From assembly GCF_002854065.1 (NCBI RefSeq), contig NZ_CP024147.1: a DNA stretch of 64,000 nt; one strand, 5' to 3'. The position numbers and the translations under genes are program-made. Shown here in pieces: positions 11,781 to 23,720 of the stretch. The DNA is from Escherichia coli (GTDB lineage Bacteria; Pseudomonadota; Gammaproteobacteria; Enterobacterales; Enterobacteriaceae). Numbering within the stretch: the stretch's first letter is position 1; each line of letters opens with the position of its first letter. Below the pieces are notes generated by a model. The model was not told the origin of the DNA and made no database searches. It worked only from the letters and a program-made list of their open reading frames with translations.

Positions 11781-13037
11781 ATGCTCCATCCGCGAGCCAG
11801 AACCATGTTGTTATTATCGCTCCCCGCCGTGGCAATTGGGATTGCGTCCAGTCTTATTCTGATTGTGGTGATGAAAATCGCCTCGGTATTACAGAATTTG
11901 CTCTGGCAACGACTGCCGGGAACTCTGGGGATAGCCCAGGATTCACCTTTCTGGATCATCGGTGTATTAACGCTAACGGGTATTGCGGTGGGGTTGGTTA
12001 TCCGTTTCAGCCAGGGTCATGCCGGACCAGACCCCGCCTGTGAACCGCTGATCGGCGCACCGGTTCCGCCCTTTGCGCTACCTGGACTTATCGTAGCATT
12101 AATTCTCGGTCTTGCTGGCGGCGTCAGCCTGGGGCCGGAACATCCGATCATGACCGTCAATATCGCCCTTGCGGTTGCCATTGGCGCTCGTCTGTTACCG
12201 CGCGTCAACCGAATGGAGTGGACTATTTTAGCCTCTGCCGGAACCATCGGCGCGCTGTTTGGTACACCTGTTGCGGCGGCGTTGATATTTTCGCAAACCT
12301 TAAATGGCAGTAGTGAAGTTCCGCTATGGGATCGTCTTTTTGCGCCGTTAATGGCGGCAGCAGCTGGTGCACTTACTACCGGATTATTTTTCCATCCCCA
12401 TTTTTCACTGCCCATTGCGCATTACGGACAGATGGAAATGACCGATATTCTCAGCGGTGCAATTGTCGCGGCGATTGCCATCGCAGCAGGGATGGTCGCC
12501 GTATGGTGCTTACCACGGTTGCACGCGATGATGCATCAAATGAAAAATCCGGTGCTCGTGCTGGGTATTGGCGGATTTATTCTCGGTATTCTGGGGGTTA
12601 TTGGTGGACCAGTTTCGCTGTTTAAAGGGCTGGATGAGATGCAGCAGATGGTGGCAAATCAGGCTTTCAGCACCAGCGATTACTTTTTGCTGGCGGTAAT
12701 TAAACTTGCCGCCCTGGTCGTTGCTGCCGCCAGTGGCTTTCGCGGTGGACGAATCTTCCCGGCAGTGTTTGTCGCCGTGGCATTAGGGTTGATGCTGCAT
12801 GAGCACGTTCCCGCCGTACCAGCGGCAATAACCGTTTCCTGCGCTATTCTCGGCATCGTGCTGGTGGTAACACGCGATGGCTGGTTAAGTCTTTTTATGG
12901 CGGCAGTCGTTGTACCCAATACCACATTGCTACCGCTGCTCTGTATCGTCATGCTTCCGGCATGGCTGTTATTAGCAGGTAAGCCGATGATGATGGTCAA
13001 TCGTCCGAAGCAACAGCCACCCCACGATAACGTTTAG
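11781..13037 (+). CDS. yfeO: Putative ion channel/transporter YfeO
   Basis: 418-aa polytopic membrane protein, position matches K-12 yfeO. Confidence 0.85.
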   Translation: MLHPRARTMLLLSLPAVAIGIASSLILIVVMKIASVLQNLLWQRLPGTLGIAQDSPFWIIGVLTLTGIAVGLVIRFSQGHAGPDPACEPLIGAPVPPFALPGLIVALILGLAGGVSLGPEHPIMTVNIALAVAIGARLLPRVNRMEWTILASAGTIGALFGTPVAAALIFSQTLNGSSEVPLWDRLFAPLMAAAAGALTTGLFFHPHFSLPIAHYGQMEMTDILSGAIVAAIAIAAGMVAVWCLPRLHAMMHQMKNPVLVLGIGGFILGILGVIGGPVSLFKGLDEMQQMVANQAFSTSDYFLLAVIKLAALVVAAASGFRGGRIFPAVFVAVALGLMLHEHVPAVPAAITVSCAILGIVLVVTRDGWLSLFMAAVVVPNTTLLPLLCIVMLPAWLLLAGKPMMMVNRPKQQPPHDNV

Positions 13038-13151
13038 CAAAAAATGCTCTCCTTTATGATTTAAGAGTTATGGCGATGATACGGGGCTTTACCTCCCCGT
13101 AATATTGCGTTAACAGGCCGCTGACGGCTTCGATCGTGAAGGAGAATAACA

Positions 13152-13478
13152 ATGTTCAGGTCACTGTTTCTGGCGGCCGCCCTGATGGCATTTACCCCGC
13201 TTGCAGCAAACGCAGGCGAAATCACCCTACTGCCATCAATCAAATTACAAATTGGCGATCGCGATCATTACGGTAATTACTGGGACGGTGGTCACTGGCG
13301 CGACCGTGACTACTGGCATCGCAATTATGAATGGCGTAAAAACCGCTGGTGGCGTCATGATAATGGCTACCACCGTGGCTGGGATAAGCGTAAAGCGTAT
13401 GAGCGTGGCTATCGTGAAGGCTGGCGCGATCGTGACGATCATCGCGGAAAAGGCCGCGGACATGGACACCGCCATTAA
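13152..13478 (+). CDS. ypeC: Secreted repeat protein YpeC (DUF2502)
   Basis: 108 aa with signal peptide and W/R/D/H-rich repeats ([61 protein letters not shown]). Confidence 0.85.
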
Positions 13479-13500
13479 ACACATTCGCCAATGGAGCACA

Positions 13501-13595
<95 letters not shown>

Positions 13596-13618
13596 TGCCA
13601 GATGCGACGCTCATTCAA

Positions 13619-14866
<1,248 letters not shown>

Positions 14867-14869
14867 CTA

Positions 14870-14891
14870 AAACATAGCCTTTGCTATGTTT
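14870..14891. promoter_or_regulatory. MntR operator (perfect inverted repeat) in mntH leader
   Basis: AAACATAGC-CTTT-GCTATGTTT palindrome 13 bp upstream of the mntH start codon. Confidence 0.65.
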
Positions 14892-14906
14892 CATGCTATT
14901 CCAAAC

Positions 14907-14925
14907 GAGAATGATTATCAAATTC
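14907..14925. promoter_or_regulatory. Candidate Fur box upstream of mntH
   Basis: GAGAATGATTATCAAATTC, about 14/19 match to the Fur consensus GATAATGATAATCATTATC by eye. Confidence 0.45.
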
Positions 14926-15192
14926 ATTTAAATGGGTTGTGGTGATTTCTCTGATAGACCAGGATTATGACTACGAAAAGATTGATGACTTGAATGTTAT
15001 GGTTATGTTTAATGTTAGCACATTTACATAACTTTCAGCTTCCATACACAACATAGCAGAAATGTATGACAGCTCACTATTTTTGAAGCTTGTCACAGGA
15101 CGTCATTATAGTGTGTGTCAGATCTCGTTTTCCTTAACCATGTTACATAGAATGTGCACGGAAATTTAACCTGCCTCATATTTGGAGCAAAT

Positions 15193-16395
15193 ATGGACCG
15201 CGTCCTTCATTTTGTACTGGCACTTGCCGTTGTTGCGATTCTCGCACTGCTGGTAAGCAGCGACCGCAAAAAAATTCGTATCCGTTATGTTATTCAACTG
15301 CTTGTTATCGAAGTGTTACTGGCGTGGTTCTTCCTGAACTCCGACGTTGGTTTAGGCTTCGTGAAAGGCTTCTCCGAAATGTTCGAAAAACTGCTCGGAT
15401 TTGCCAACGAAGGGACTAACTTCGTCTTTGGTAGCATGAATGATCAAGGCCTGGCATTCTTCTTCCTGAAAGTGCTGTGCCCAATCGTCTTTATCTCTGC
15501 ACTGATCGGTATTCTCCAGCACATTCGCGTGTTGCCGGTGATTATCCGCGCAATTGGTTTCCTGCTCTCCAAAGTCAACGGCATGGGCAAACTGGAATCC
15601 TTTAACGCCGTCAGCTCCCTGATTCTGGGTCAGTCTGAAAACTTTATTGCCTATAAAGATATCCTCGGCAAAATCTCCCGTAATCGTATGTACACCATGG
15701 CTGCCACGGCAATGTCCACCGTGTCGATGTCCATCGTTGGTGCATACATGACCATGCTGGAACCAAAATACGTCGTTGCAGCGCTGGTACTGAACATGTT
15801 CAGCACCTTTATCGTGCTGTCGCTGATCAACCCTTACCGTGTTGATGCCAGTGAAGAAAACATTCAGATGTCCAACCTGCACGAAGGTCAGAGCTTCTTC
15901 GAAATGCTGGGTGAATACATTCTGGCAGGTTTCAAAGTTGCCATTATCGTTGCCGCGATGCTGATCGGCTTTATCGCCCTGATCGCCGCGCTGAACGCAC
16001 TGTTTGCCACCGTGACTGGCTGGTTTGGCTACAGCATCTCCTTCCAGGGCATCCTGGGCTACATCTTCTATCCGATTGCATGGGTGATGGGTGTTCCTTC
16101 CAGTGAAGCACTGCAAGTGGGCAGTATCATGGCGACCAAACTGGTTTCCAACGAGTTCGTTGCGATGATGGATCTGCAGAAAATTGCCTCTACACTCTCT
16201 CCGCGTGCTGAAGGCATCATCTCTGTGTTCCTGGTTTCCTTCGCTAACTTCTCTTCAATCGGAATTATTGCAGGTGCAGTTAAGGGCCTGAATGAAGAGC
16301 AAGGTAACGTGGTTTCTCGCTTCGGTCTGAAACTGGTTTACGGCTCTACCCTGGTGAGTGTGCTGTCTGCGTCAATCGCAGCACTGGTGCTGTAA
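15193..16395 (+). CDS. nupC: Nucleoside:H+ symporter NupC
   Basis: 400 aa from ATG 15193 ([17 protein letters not shown]); ORF track opens at an upstream in-frame Met. Confidence 0.9.
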
Positions 16396-16405
16396 GACCA
16401 TACAT

Positions 16406-16437
16406 AAAAAAGCCGGGGATAATTCCCCGGCTTTTTT
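16406..16437. terminator. Bidirectional rho-independent terminator between nupC and pdeA
   Basis: A-run, AGCCGGGG-ATAATT-CCCCGGCT hairpin, T-run. Confidence 0.8.
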
Positions 16438-16444
16438 ACGCCTG

Positions 16445-18634
16445 TTAATCAGCTAATGGCTGCGGGCGACCAATCAAATACCCTTGCAGATATTGCACCC
16501 CGAGCTTATGCAATAGCGCCTGCTGCTGTTGCGTCTCAACAAACTCCGCAACCACACTCAATGACTTCGCTTTCGCCAGATCGGTAATTGATCTCACAAT
16601 CATCGCATCCAGCGTATTCGTGACGATATCTTTCACAAAGACGCCATCAATTTTGATGATATCAGCCTGCAAACGCTTTAACCGTTCGTAGTTGGCATAT
16701 CCGGTGCCAAAGTCATCAATCGCAATCCGGAAACCAAACTTATGCAGCTGCTCGATGTTGTACATGCTGCTTTCTGCGTTCGAAAACGCCTGCTCCTCGG
16801 TGATCTCAAGAATGACCGCCTGCGGGGAGATGTGATAACGCTTAAATAGACGAATAATCCGCCCGGCAATATTCTTTTGCAGCAGCGTGAGCGGCATTAA
16901 ATTAACTGAAAAGCGCGGGCCTTTTTTGTCGCAAGGGTGTGTTGCCAGCCACTTCAACAAGGATTCCAGCACTTGCAAATCAAAACGCGCGCTAAGGTTA
17001 AACTGAGCAATAAGGGGCAGAAACTTATCCGGGGTCATAATGCCGCCGTCATATTTCAGTCGCGCGAGGATCTCATCATAACCTTCACCCTCTTTGTTGC
17101 GAATTGGCTGGGCGTAGAGCAGCAAATCCCCCTGATCTAACGCCGTGCGAATGGTATTCAGCAATAGCACTTGTTTAGTGGTCTGCCCGGAAACCATCTC
17201 CTCTCGGCTATCCAGCGCCAGCACATGATGATGTGCGCAGGATTGCTCCGCCAGCCAGCTTAACTGCCCCAACAAGGGTTGCAGGGTTTCCTGATTTCCA
17301 TCAAAACGCCCCCAGGCAGCACCATAGCCCATATCCAGCCCGGTATTGTTCCAGTGAATTTGCCGACTATTCAGGATGTTAACCATATGCTGGAGTCGCC
17401 CTTCCGTTTCCGGCCCGCTCAGCACTAACAGCAGTTCACTACCCGGCAATTGATATAACTTTTCGTTTTCCTGCATCAACGGCAGCAGCGTACGGTAGAT
17501 TGAGCGGATACAGTGAACGCGCATCATTAAGCCGTAATGACGACTCATAAACTCAAGATTATCAATGCGCAGGCAGCAAAAACTCTTGCCCGCCTCTTGC
17601 TCCGGCGCTTGTTCCAACGCACGAAAATTGGGTAGGAGCGTTAACGGATCGGTCAGCGCCTGCAAATGCCAGCGGCGATTAAGCCATTCACTGCGATGAT
17701 AAATGCGCACCATATAGAGCAGGCAAACGCTAAAGGAAATCAGCACCGCGAGAATAAATGCCAGCGAATATTCGGTTTCCACCCCTTGCAAAAAGTTCTG
17801 GTTGTAATTCAGCAGGCAAAGCGTTGAAACAGCCCAAGTGAGATTTAAAAACGGATAGCGAAGCTTACCGACCCCGAGGGTAAAGATGATGAAGAAAACG
17901 GGTACCAGGTAACCGGCAATAAAGTCGTTTTCATAAGGTGTGCACAACAGAAGTAGCAGCACGCTTAACGCTGCCAGCCAGCTTAAGGTAAATGCGCGTT
18001 TCTCTTTGCCCAACGACGGAGCGATATCCCTGCGCCACAATATCTGCGCAAAGTGGGGACTTACAATCATGCGAGTGAGATAGTAGAAAAGCATGTTGTA
18101 AATCAGAACAGCGGTGAAAAGGCTTAGCAAATCAACGACCGTGAAAATGGCATCCGCATCGCCGAAAAAGGTGGATATCTTTAGCGGGAAATCAAAGAAG
18201 CTCCCCACAAGATACATGCTGCATTTGATGCCGATCGGCGTCACCAAACCAAGCCAGAACAGACGTTGCCAGACATATCGGCTGGTCAATCCATAACGCC
18301 AACGCGTCCCCAGCTGCCAGCGTAATATTGCGCAGGCACACAACACGACAAACGTCTGGCTGCCGAGCATGACCGCAGTCTGTAAAAAAGAGAGATGAAA
18401 GTTCCACAGATTGGTGCAAAACATCCCGCATAAAACGGGAACGACACCGCGCCAGCCAAAGATAAACAAGATTGACAGCATTACGCACAGTGGCATCCAC
18501 GCCAGAAAGATATAACTGGAATGGATAATGGCAAGTGGCGAAATAAAACGGGATAGCTGAATAAGTACCACGGTGAGCGTAAACGCTAGTGTGAATATCT
18601 TGATATTTTTTATCAGGTTATGCTCCACAAACAT
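16445..18634 (-). CDS. pdeA: c-di-GMP phosphodiesterase PdeA (YfeA); membrane MASE-like N-terminus plus degenerate GGDEF and EAL domains
   Basis: 729 aa from ATG 18634 (MFVEHNLIKNIKIF); EAL motifs near C-terminus. Confidence 0.85.
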   Translation of the reverse strand: MFVEHNLIKNIKIFTLAFTLTVVLIQLSRFISPLAIIHSSYIFLAWMPLCVMLSILFIFGWRGVVPVLCGMFCTNLWNFHLSFLQTAVMLGSQTFVVLCACAILRWQLGTRWRYGLTSRYVWQRLFWLGLVTPIGIKCSMYLVGSFFDFPLKISTFFGDADAIFTVVDLLSLFTAVLIYNMLFYYLTRMIVSPHFAQILWRRDIAPSLGKEKRAFTLSWLAALSVLLLLLCTPYENDFIAGYLVPVFFIIFTLGVGKLRYPFLNLTWAVSTLCLLNYNQNFLQGVETEYSLAFILAVLISFSVCLLYMVRIYHRSEWLNRRWHLQALTDPLTLLPNFRALEQAPEQEAGKSFCCLRIDNLEFMSRHYGLMMRVHCIRSIYRTLLPLMQENEKLYQLPGSELLLVLSGPETEGRLQHMVNILNSRQIHWNNTGLDMGYGAAWGRFDGNQETLQPLLGQLSWLAEQSCAHHHVLALDSREEMVSGQTTKQVLLLNTIRTALDQGDLLLYAQPIRNKEGEGYDEILARLKYDGGIMTPDKFLPLIAQFNLSARFDLQVLESLLKWLATHPCDKKGPRFSVNLMPLTLLQKNIAGRIIRLFKRYHISPQAVILEITEEQAFSNAESSMYNIEQLHKFGFRIAIDDFGTGYANYERLKRLQADIIKIDGVFVKDIVTNTLDAMIVRSITDLAKAKSLSVVAEFVETQQQQALLHKLGVQYLQGYLIGRPQPLAD

Positions 18635-18841
18635 GAGTACACTACTCTCACTGATCGGGGTTTTCAGGCACACAAATAATAAGTTTATTCGCATCGCGAA
18701 GCAAACAGGGGCCAGCCTGTTGCCGATTTTTCATCCAATGATGCTTTCACCAGGCGGCGCTAACCCGGACGTAGACTGTATTACAAAAGCGGCAAAAAGC
18801 AGAGACAAAAAACCCCCGCTTTGCAGCGAGGGTTGGAAATT

Positions 18842-18917
<76 letters not shown>

Positions 18918-18956
18918 ACGATGCGTTTACGTACCAAATTTGCTGGGTGCAAAATT

Positions 18957-19032
<76 letters not shown>

Positions 19033-19267
19033 GTCACGTAAAGCTTGTCGAGTTGACGGGCGGCATCATATGAATTCCGCCCGAATGTGTCAACGGCAAA
19101 TTGCAGCGTGTAGTTTCAATCGCTGAAAAATCAGGCAAATGAACAATTTTGGAAAACCGCTCGCATTCAGTAGTTATTCATGTCACGGTTTCCTGTAAAG
19201 TGGTGTTATAAAATGAACTACTAATAGACCCACATACATTCAGGGAATTGTTATGTTCAAGGAGAGG

Positions 19268-19612
19268 ATGACGCCAGATGAACTTGCCAGACTGACCGGC
19301 TATAGCCGCCAGACCATTAATAAATGGGTACGCAAGGAAGGCTGGACGACGTCACCAAAACCAGGCGTCCAGGGTGGCAAAGCCCGACTGGTTCACGTCA
19401 ATGAACAGGTTCGTGAATATATTCGTAATGCTGAACGTCCAGAAGGTCAGGGAGAAGCGCCTGCCCTTTCTGGTGATGCGCCGCTTGAAGTATTGCTGGT
19501 GACACTGGTGAAAGAGATGACGCCAGTTGAACAAAAACAGTTTACATCCTTGCTTCTGCGGGAAGGGATTATCGGATTGTTACAACGCTTAGGGATTCGC
19601 GATAGCAAATAA
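19268..19612 (+). CDS. yfeC: YfeC, small HTH DNA-binding protein
   Basis: 114 aa from ATG 19268 (MTPDELARLTGYSRQTINKWVRKEGW); paralogous to adjacent yfeD. Confidence 0.85.
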   Translation: MTPDELARLTGYSRQTINKWVRKEGWTTSPKPGVQGGKARLVHVNEQVREYIRNAERPEGQGEAPALSGDAPLEVLLVTLVKEMTPVEQKQFTSLLLREGIIGLLQRLGIRDSK

Positions 19613-19613
19613 T

Positions 19614-20006
19614 ATGAAAAGATTACGCAATAAAATGACCACCGAAGAACTGGCTGAATGCCTCGGTGTGGCTAAACAAACTGTTAACCGTTGGATCAGA
19701 GAAAAAGGCTGGAAAACGGAAAAATTTCCCGGCGTGAAAGGCGGTCGTGCCAGACTTATTCTGGTCGATACGCAAGTTTGCGAGTTTATTCAGAACACGC
19801 CAGCCTTCCATAACACACCGATGCTTCTGGAAGCCGAAGAACCCCTTGCCGAATACGCACCGGGGATTCGCACTCCTGCTTATCGGCAAATCATAAGCGC
19901 AATAGACAACATGACTCACAGTGAGCAGGAAAAAGTTGCGCAATTTTTGTCACGCGAAGGAATTCGTAATTTCCTTGCTCGTCTCGACATAGATGAATCA
20001 GCTTGA
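19614..20006 (+). CDS. yfeD: YfeD, small HTH DNA-binding protein
   Basis: 130 aa (ELAECLGVAKQTVNRWIREKGW), tandem paralog of yfeC. Confidence 0.85.
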   Translation: MKRLRNKMTTEELAECLGVAKQTVNRWIREKGWKTEKFPGVKGGRARLILVDTQVCEFIQNTPAFHNTPMLLEAEEPLAEYAPGIRTPAYRQIISAIDNMTHSEQEKVAQFLSREGIRNFLARLDIDESA

Positions 20007-21754
20007 CATCCTCCACGCCCTGAATGACGAGGATCCCTGCTACGTTCAGGCTGTCGCCTGAATCATTTCGGTGGGTTCCTGCTTCAACGAGTGGCCTGAC
20101 TGCACCATCTCTCCACAGGCAAGAACGGCGTGCCCCGCCGCTAAAATGTTACGAGCGCCGTTTACATCGGCGTTCGCTGTATATCCACATACCTGGCATC
20201 TGAATTTACTTTGTGACAGGCGATTTTCTTTCGCTGTATGACCACAGCACGCGCAACGCTGGCTTGTGTACGCTGGCGGAACAGCAAGCACCTGACCGCC
20301 TCGCCAGAGCTGCTTGTACTCAAGCTGGCGGCGCATTTCATACCAGCCCTGATCCAGTATCGAACGGTTTAAACCTGATTTTGCCCGGACATTGCGCCCC
20401 GGCTGGCTGACCGTACCCGCTGCTGACTTTGACATGTTGCTGACCTTCAAATCCTCAATGACTATCATTGCGTGGTTTTTGCTGACGGTCGTTGTGACTT
20501 TGTGAAGGTAGTCTCTGCGGATATTTGCGGTACAGGAATGCAGTCGCTGTATTTTGCGTTTCTGCTTCTGCCAGTTATTGCTGAATTTGACCTTGCGGCT
20601 TAACTGTCGCTGAAGTCTCGCCAGCTTCTTCTGGTTTTTCTGAAAACTGTTTACAGGCTCAAAGACTGTGCCATCTGACAGCGTGGCGAGTTTAGCCACG
20701 CCAGCATCCAGTCCGACCATTGATGCTGAAGGGTGAACCGGAGTTGATACTTCACTTTCTGTCTGAATACTGATGTACCACTTACCGCAGGACTGGCTGA
20801 CAGTGACATTTTTCACAACACCCGTGACCTGACGGCTGTTCCGGTAGCGCATCCAGCCAAGTTTCGGCAGAAAAATACGGCTGTTTTCCTGATCGAGCTT
20901 AACGCCCTGCGGGTAGCGGAATGCATCATTCTGTCCCCGCTTTTTGAATCGGGGAAAAGCAGCCCGCTTCCGGAAGAAGTTTTTGTAAGCCCGCTCAAGG
21001 TCTTTCAGTGACTGTTGCAATGGCTGTGAGGGCGAATCTTTAAGCCATTGCGTTTCAGTGGCATTTTTCCACTCAACCAGCCAGGAAGCCATTTTCCCGT
21101 AAGGGATGTATTTATTACCGGCCTCATGATTCTCATTCTGACGTGCCAGAGCACGATTGAAAACGAAACGACATGCGCCTGCGAAGCGCCTCATTTCACG
21201 CTCCTGTTGACCAGCGGGTCTTAACTGGAATTTAAATGCCTGTAGTCGTTTCACAGGCCAAATGATACTTTGGTCTATGAATAAAGAAACCGATATCCGA
21301 CGGGGAAGGCATTGTGTTTTCCTGATGCATGTTCATCTGGTCTTTGTCACCAGATACCGACGTCAGATTTTTGACTATGACGCGACAGAAAAACTACGCA
21401 CTTACTTTTCAAATGTATGTGCTGATTTTGAAGCTGAACTGGTTGAAATGGATGGCGAACCAGATCACGTCCATTTGTTAATTAACTATCCTCCCAAACT
21501 GGCGATATCCAGTCTGGTAAACAGCCTCAAAGGCGTATCGGGTAGGTTACTGCGACGAGATCGACCAGATATTGCAGTCAGGTATTACTACAAAGGCGTT
21601 TTGTGGAGTCCTGGCTATTTTGCCAGTAGCTGCGGAGGTGCGCCAATATCCGTCATCCGCCAATACATTGAACAACAGCAAACACCTGGTCAGGTGGAAA
21701 ACCGCGCCTTATATCCCCGCCCTGAAGGACGGGGTTTTACGGCGCACCGGATAA
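20007..21754 (-). mobile_element. IS200/IS605-family insertion sequence (IS605-type divergent tnpA/tnpB; possibly IS609-like); boundaries approximate
   Basis: Divergent Y1/HUH tnpA and tnpB fill the yfeD-gltX gap; an 18-nt related motif (CGCCCTGAA-T/G-GACG-A/G-GG) occurs in the same orientation at both ends, as expected for IS200/IS605 subterminal hairpins; gltX terminator lies immediately outside. Confidence 0.7.
20046..21254 (-). CDS. tnpB: TnpB (OrfB) RuvC-like RNA-guided endonuclease family protein
   Basis: 402 aa, GTG start; RuvC-I GLDAGV, Ruv[11 protein letters not shown], zinc finger CACCGH...CQVCG, Ruv[14 protein letters not shown] all present. Confidence 0.85.
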   Translation of the reverse strand: MKRLQAFKFQLRPAGQQEREMRRFAGACRFVFNRALARQNENHEAGNKYIPYGKMASWLVEWKNATETQWLKDSPSQPLQQSLKDLERAYKNFFRKRAAFPRFKKRGQNDAFRYPQGVKLDQENSRIFLPKLGWMRYRNSRQVTGVVKNVTVSQSCGKWYISIQTESEVSTPVHPSASMVGLDAGVAKLATLSDGTVFEPVNSFQKNQKKLARLQRQLSRKVKFSNNWQKQKRKIQRLHSCTANIRRDYLHKVTTTVSKNHAMIVIEDLKVSNMSKSAAGTVSQPGRNVRAKSGLNRSILDQGWYEMRRQLEYKQLWRGGQVLAVPPAYTSQRCACCGHTAKENRLSQSKFRCQVCGYTANADVNGARNILAAGHAVLACGEMVQSGHSLKQEPTEMIQATA

Positions 21755-21804
21755 ATAAAAAACGGCAGGGGTATCTCTCCTGCCGTTTATCTTTTATGCG
21801 CTAA
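21277..21804 (+). CDS. tnpA: IS200/IS605 TnpA (Y1 HUH transposase), C-terminally extended into flanking DNA
   Basis: HVHLVFVTRYRR (HUH motif) and catalytic-Tyr region VIRQYIEQQ; the ORF has no stop inside the element and reads through the gltX terminator to 21804. Confidence 0.7.
   Translation: MNKETDIRRGRHCVFLMHVHLVFVTRYRRQIFDYDATEKLRTYFSNVCADFEAELVEMDGEPDHVHLLINYPPKLAISSLVNSLKGVSGRLLRRDRPDIAVRYYYKGVLWSPGYFASSCGGAPISVIRQYIEQQQTPGQVENRALYPRPEGRGFTAHRINKKRQGYLSCRLSFMR
21755..21787 (-). terminator. gltX rho-independent terminator
   Basis: On minus strand AAACGGCAGG-AGAGATACC-CCTGCCGTTTTTT just downstream of the gltX stop. Confidence 0.7.
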
Positions 21805-23220
21805 TTACTGCTGATTTTCGCGTTCCGCAATAAAAGCCAGCGCTTTGTTGATACGCTCGATACTGCGGGTCTTACCGATTGCGTGAACGGTAACATCCAG
21901 TGCTGGAGACTGCCCCGCACCGGTTACGGCGACACGCAGCGGCATACCAACTTTACCCATACCCACTTCCAGCTCATCCGCCGTCGCCTGAATAGCGTGA
22001 TGAACGTTTTCAGCGGTCCAGTCAGTAATCGCGGCCAGTTTGTCACGAACCACTTCCAGCGGCTGACGCGCTACCGGACGCAGATGTTTTTTCGCCGCAT
22101 CGGCATCGAACTCAGCAAAATCTTCGTAGAAATAACGGCAGCTCTGTGCCATCTCTTTCAGCGTCTTGCAGCGTTCGCCCAGCAGTTTCACCAGATCAGC
22201 CAGCTGCGGGCCGTTACGGGTATCGATATTTTCCTGCTCAATGTGCCACTGTAAGTGAGTAGCAACATACTCCGGCGGCAGCGCGTTAATGTAGTGATGG
22301 TTCAGCCACAGCAGCTTGTCGGTGTTGAACGCACTGGCAGATTTGCTGACGGCATTCAAAGTGAAGTATTTGATCATCTCTTCACGAGTGAAGATTTCCT
22401 GATCGCCGTGGGACCAGCCCAGACGCACCAGATAGTTCAGCAGTGCTTCTGGCAAATAACCGTCATCACGATACTGCATTACGCTGACTGCCCCGTGACG
22501 TTTGGACAGTTTTTTGCCGTCATCGCCGTTGATCATAGAAACGTGCGCGTAAACCGGTACCGGCGCTTTCAGGGCTTTAAGAATATTGATCTGGCGTGGC
22601 GTGTTGTTGATATGGTCTTCGCCACGGATAACGTGGGTGATTTCCATATCCCAGTCATCGACAACCACACAGAAGTTATAGGTTGGGGAACCATCGGTAC
22701 GGCGGATAATAAGATCGTCCAGTTCCTGGTTGCTGAACTCGATCGGACCACGGATCTGATCGTCAAAAACAACAGAACCTTCCTGCGGGTTAGCAAAACG
22801 TACGACACACGGCTCATCATCAGCGTGATGCTCATGACTGTGGCGGCAGCGACCGTCATAACGCGGCTTCTCACCTTTCGCCATTTGCTCTTCGCGCAGC
22901 GCTTCCAGGCGCTCTTTAGAGCAATAGCATTTATAAGCAGTGCCCTCTTCCAGCATCTGATCGATCACCGCGTTGTAGCGATCAAAACGTTTGGTCTGGA
23001 AGTACGGACCTTCATCCCACTCCAGGCTCAGCCAGTTCATGCCATCCATAATGGCTTCGATAGCTTCCGGCGTGGAACGCTCAAGATCGGTGTCTTCAAT
23101 ACGCAGCACGAACTCACCGCCGTGATTACGTGCAAAAAGCCAGGAGTAAAGAGCAGTACGCGCGCCGCCAACGTGCAGATAGCCTGTTGGGCTTGGCGCG
23201 AAGCGAGTTTTGATTTTCAT
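21805..23220 (-). CDS. gltX: Glutamyl-tRNA synthetase
   Basis: 471 aa, [27 protein letters not shown] (HIGH-type motif) and KLSKR (KMSKS motif). Confidence 0.95.
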
Positions 23221-23478
23221 GAAATGGCCTTACGTTTAGAAAGATGCCGACAACCGGCAAATCCTGGAAAAATTGAGTGGGCGATATTCTATCACTCCCG
23301 CCTGATTCCTCAATGTAGTTCGGGTTGCAACCTTACGCATTATTGTTTTCGTTGACAAATTGCGCAACACGGTCTGTTTTGCGATCATCTTGCTTAAATT
23401 TACGACGAACGAACAATTTCTTTAGAAAATGCGTTGACTCATTTTGAACTCTCCCTATAATGCGACTCCACACAGCGG

Positions 23479-23554
23479 GGGTGATTAGCTCAGCTGGGAG
23501 AGCACCTCCCTTACAAGGAGGGGGTCGGCGGTTCGATCCCGTCATCACCCACCA
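23479..23554 (+). tRNA. valU: tRNA-Val (UAC)
   Basis: GGGTGATTAGCTCAGCTGGGAGAGCACCTCCCTTACAAGGAGGGGGTCGGCGGTTCGATCCCGTCATCACCCACCA. Confidence 0.95.
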
Positions 23555-23598
23555 ACTGCTTTATGTAGTCTCCGCCGTGTAGCAAGAAATTGAGAAGT

Positions 23599-23674
23599 GG
23601 GTGATTAGCTCAGCTGGGAGAGCACCTCCCTTACAAGGAGGGGGTCGGCGGTTCGATCCCGTCATCACCCACCA
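23599..23674 (+). tRNA. valX: tRNA-Val (UAC)
   Basis: Identical copy of valU. Confidence 0.95.
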
Positions 23675-23720
23675 CTTTCTCACCAGCTAAATTTCTTGTA
23701 AAAATGTGAAGTACCGAAGT

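Noticed and set aside
15352-16116. 254-aa minus-strand ORF
   Set aside because: Antisense to nupC; His/Asp/Gly-rich nonsense composition.
22255-23355. 366-aa ORF on the plus strand
   Set aside because: Lies entirely antisense within gltX; no recognisable protein features or ribosome-binding site. A shadow ORF of a long, well-supported gene.
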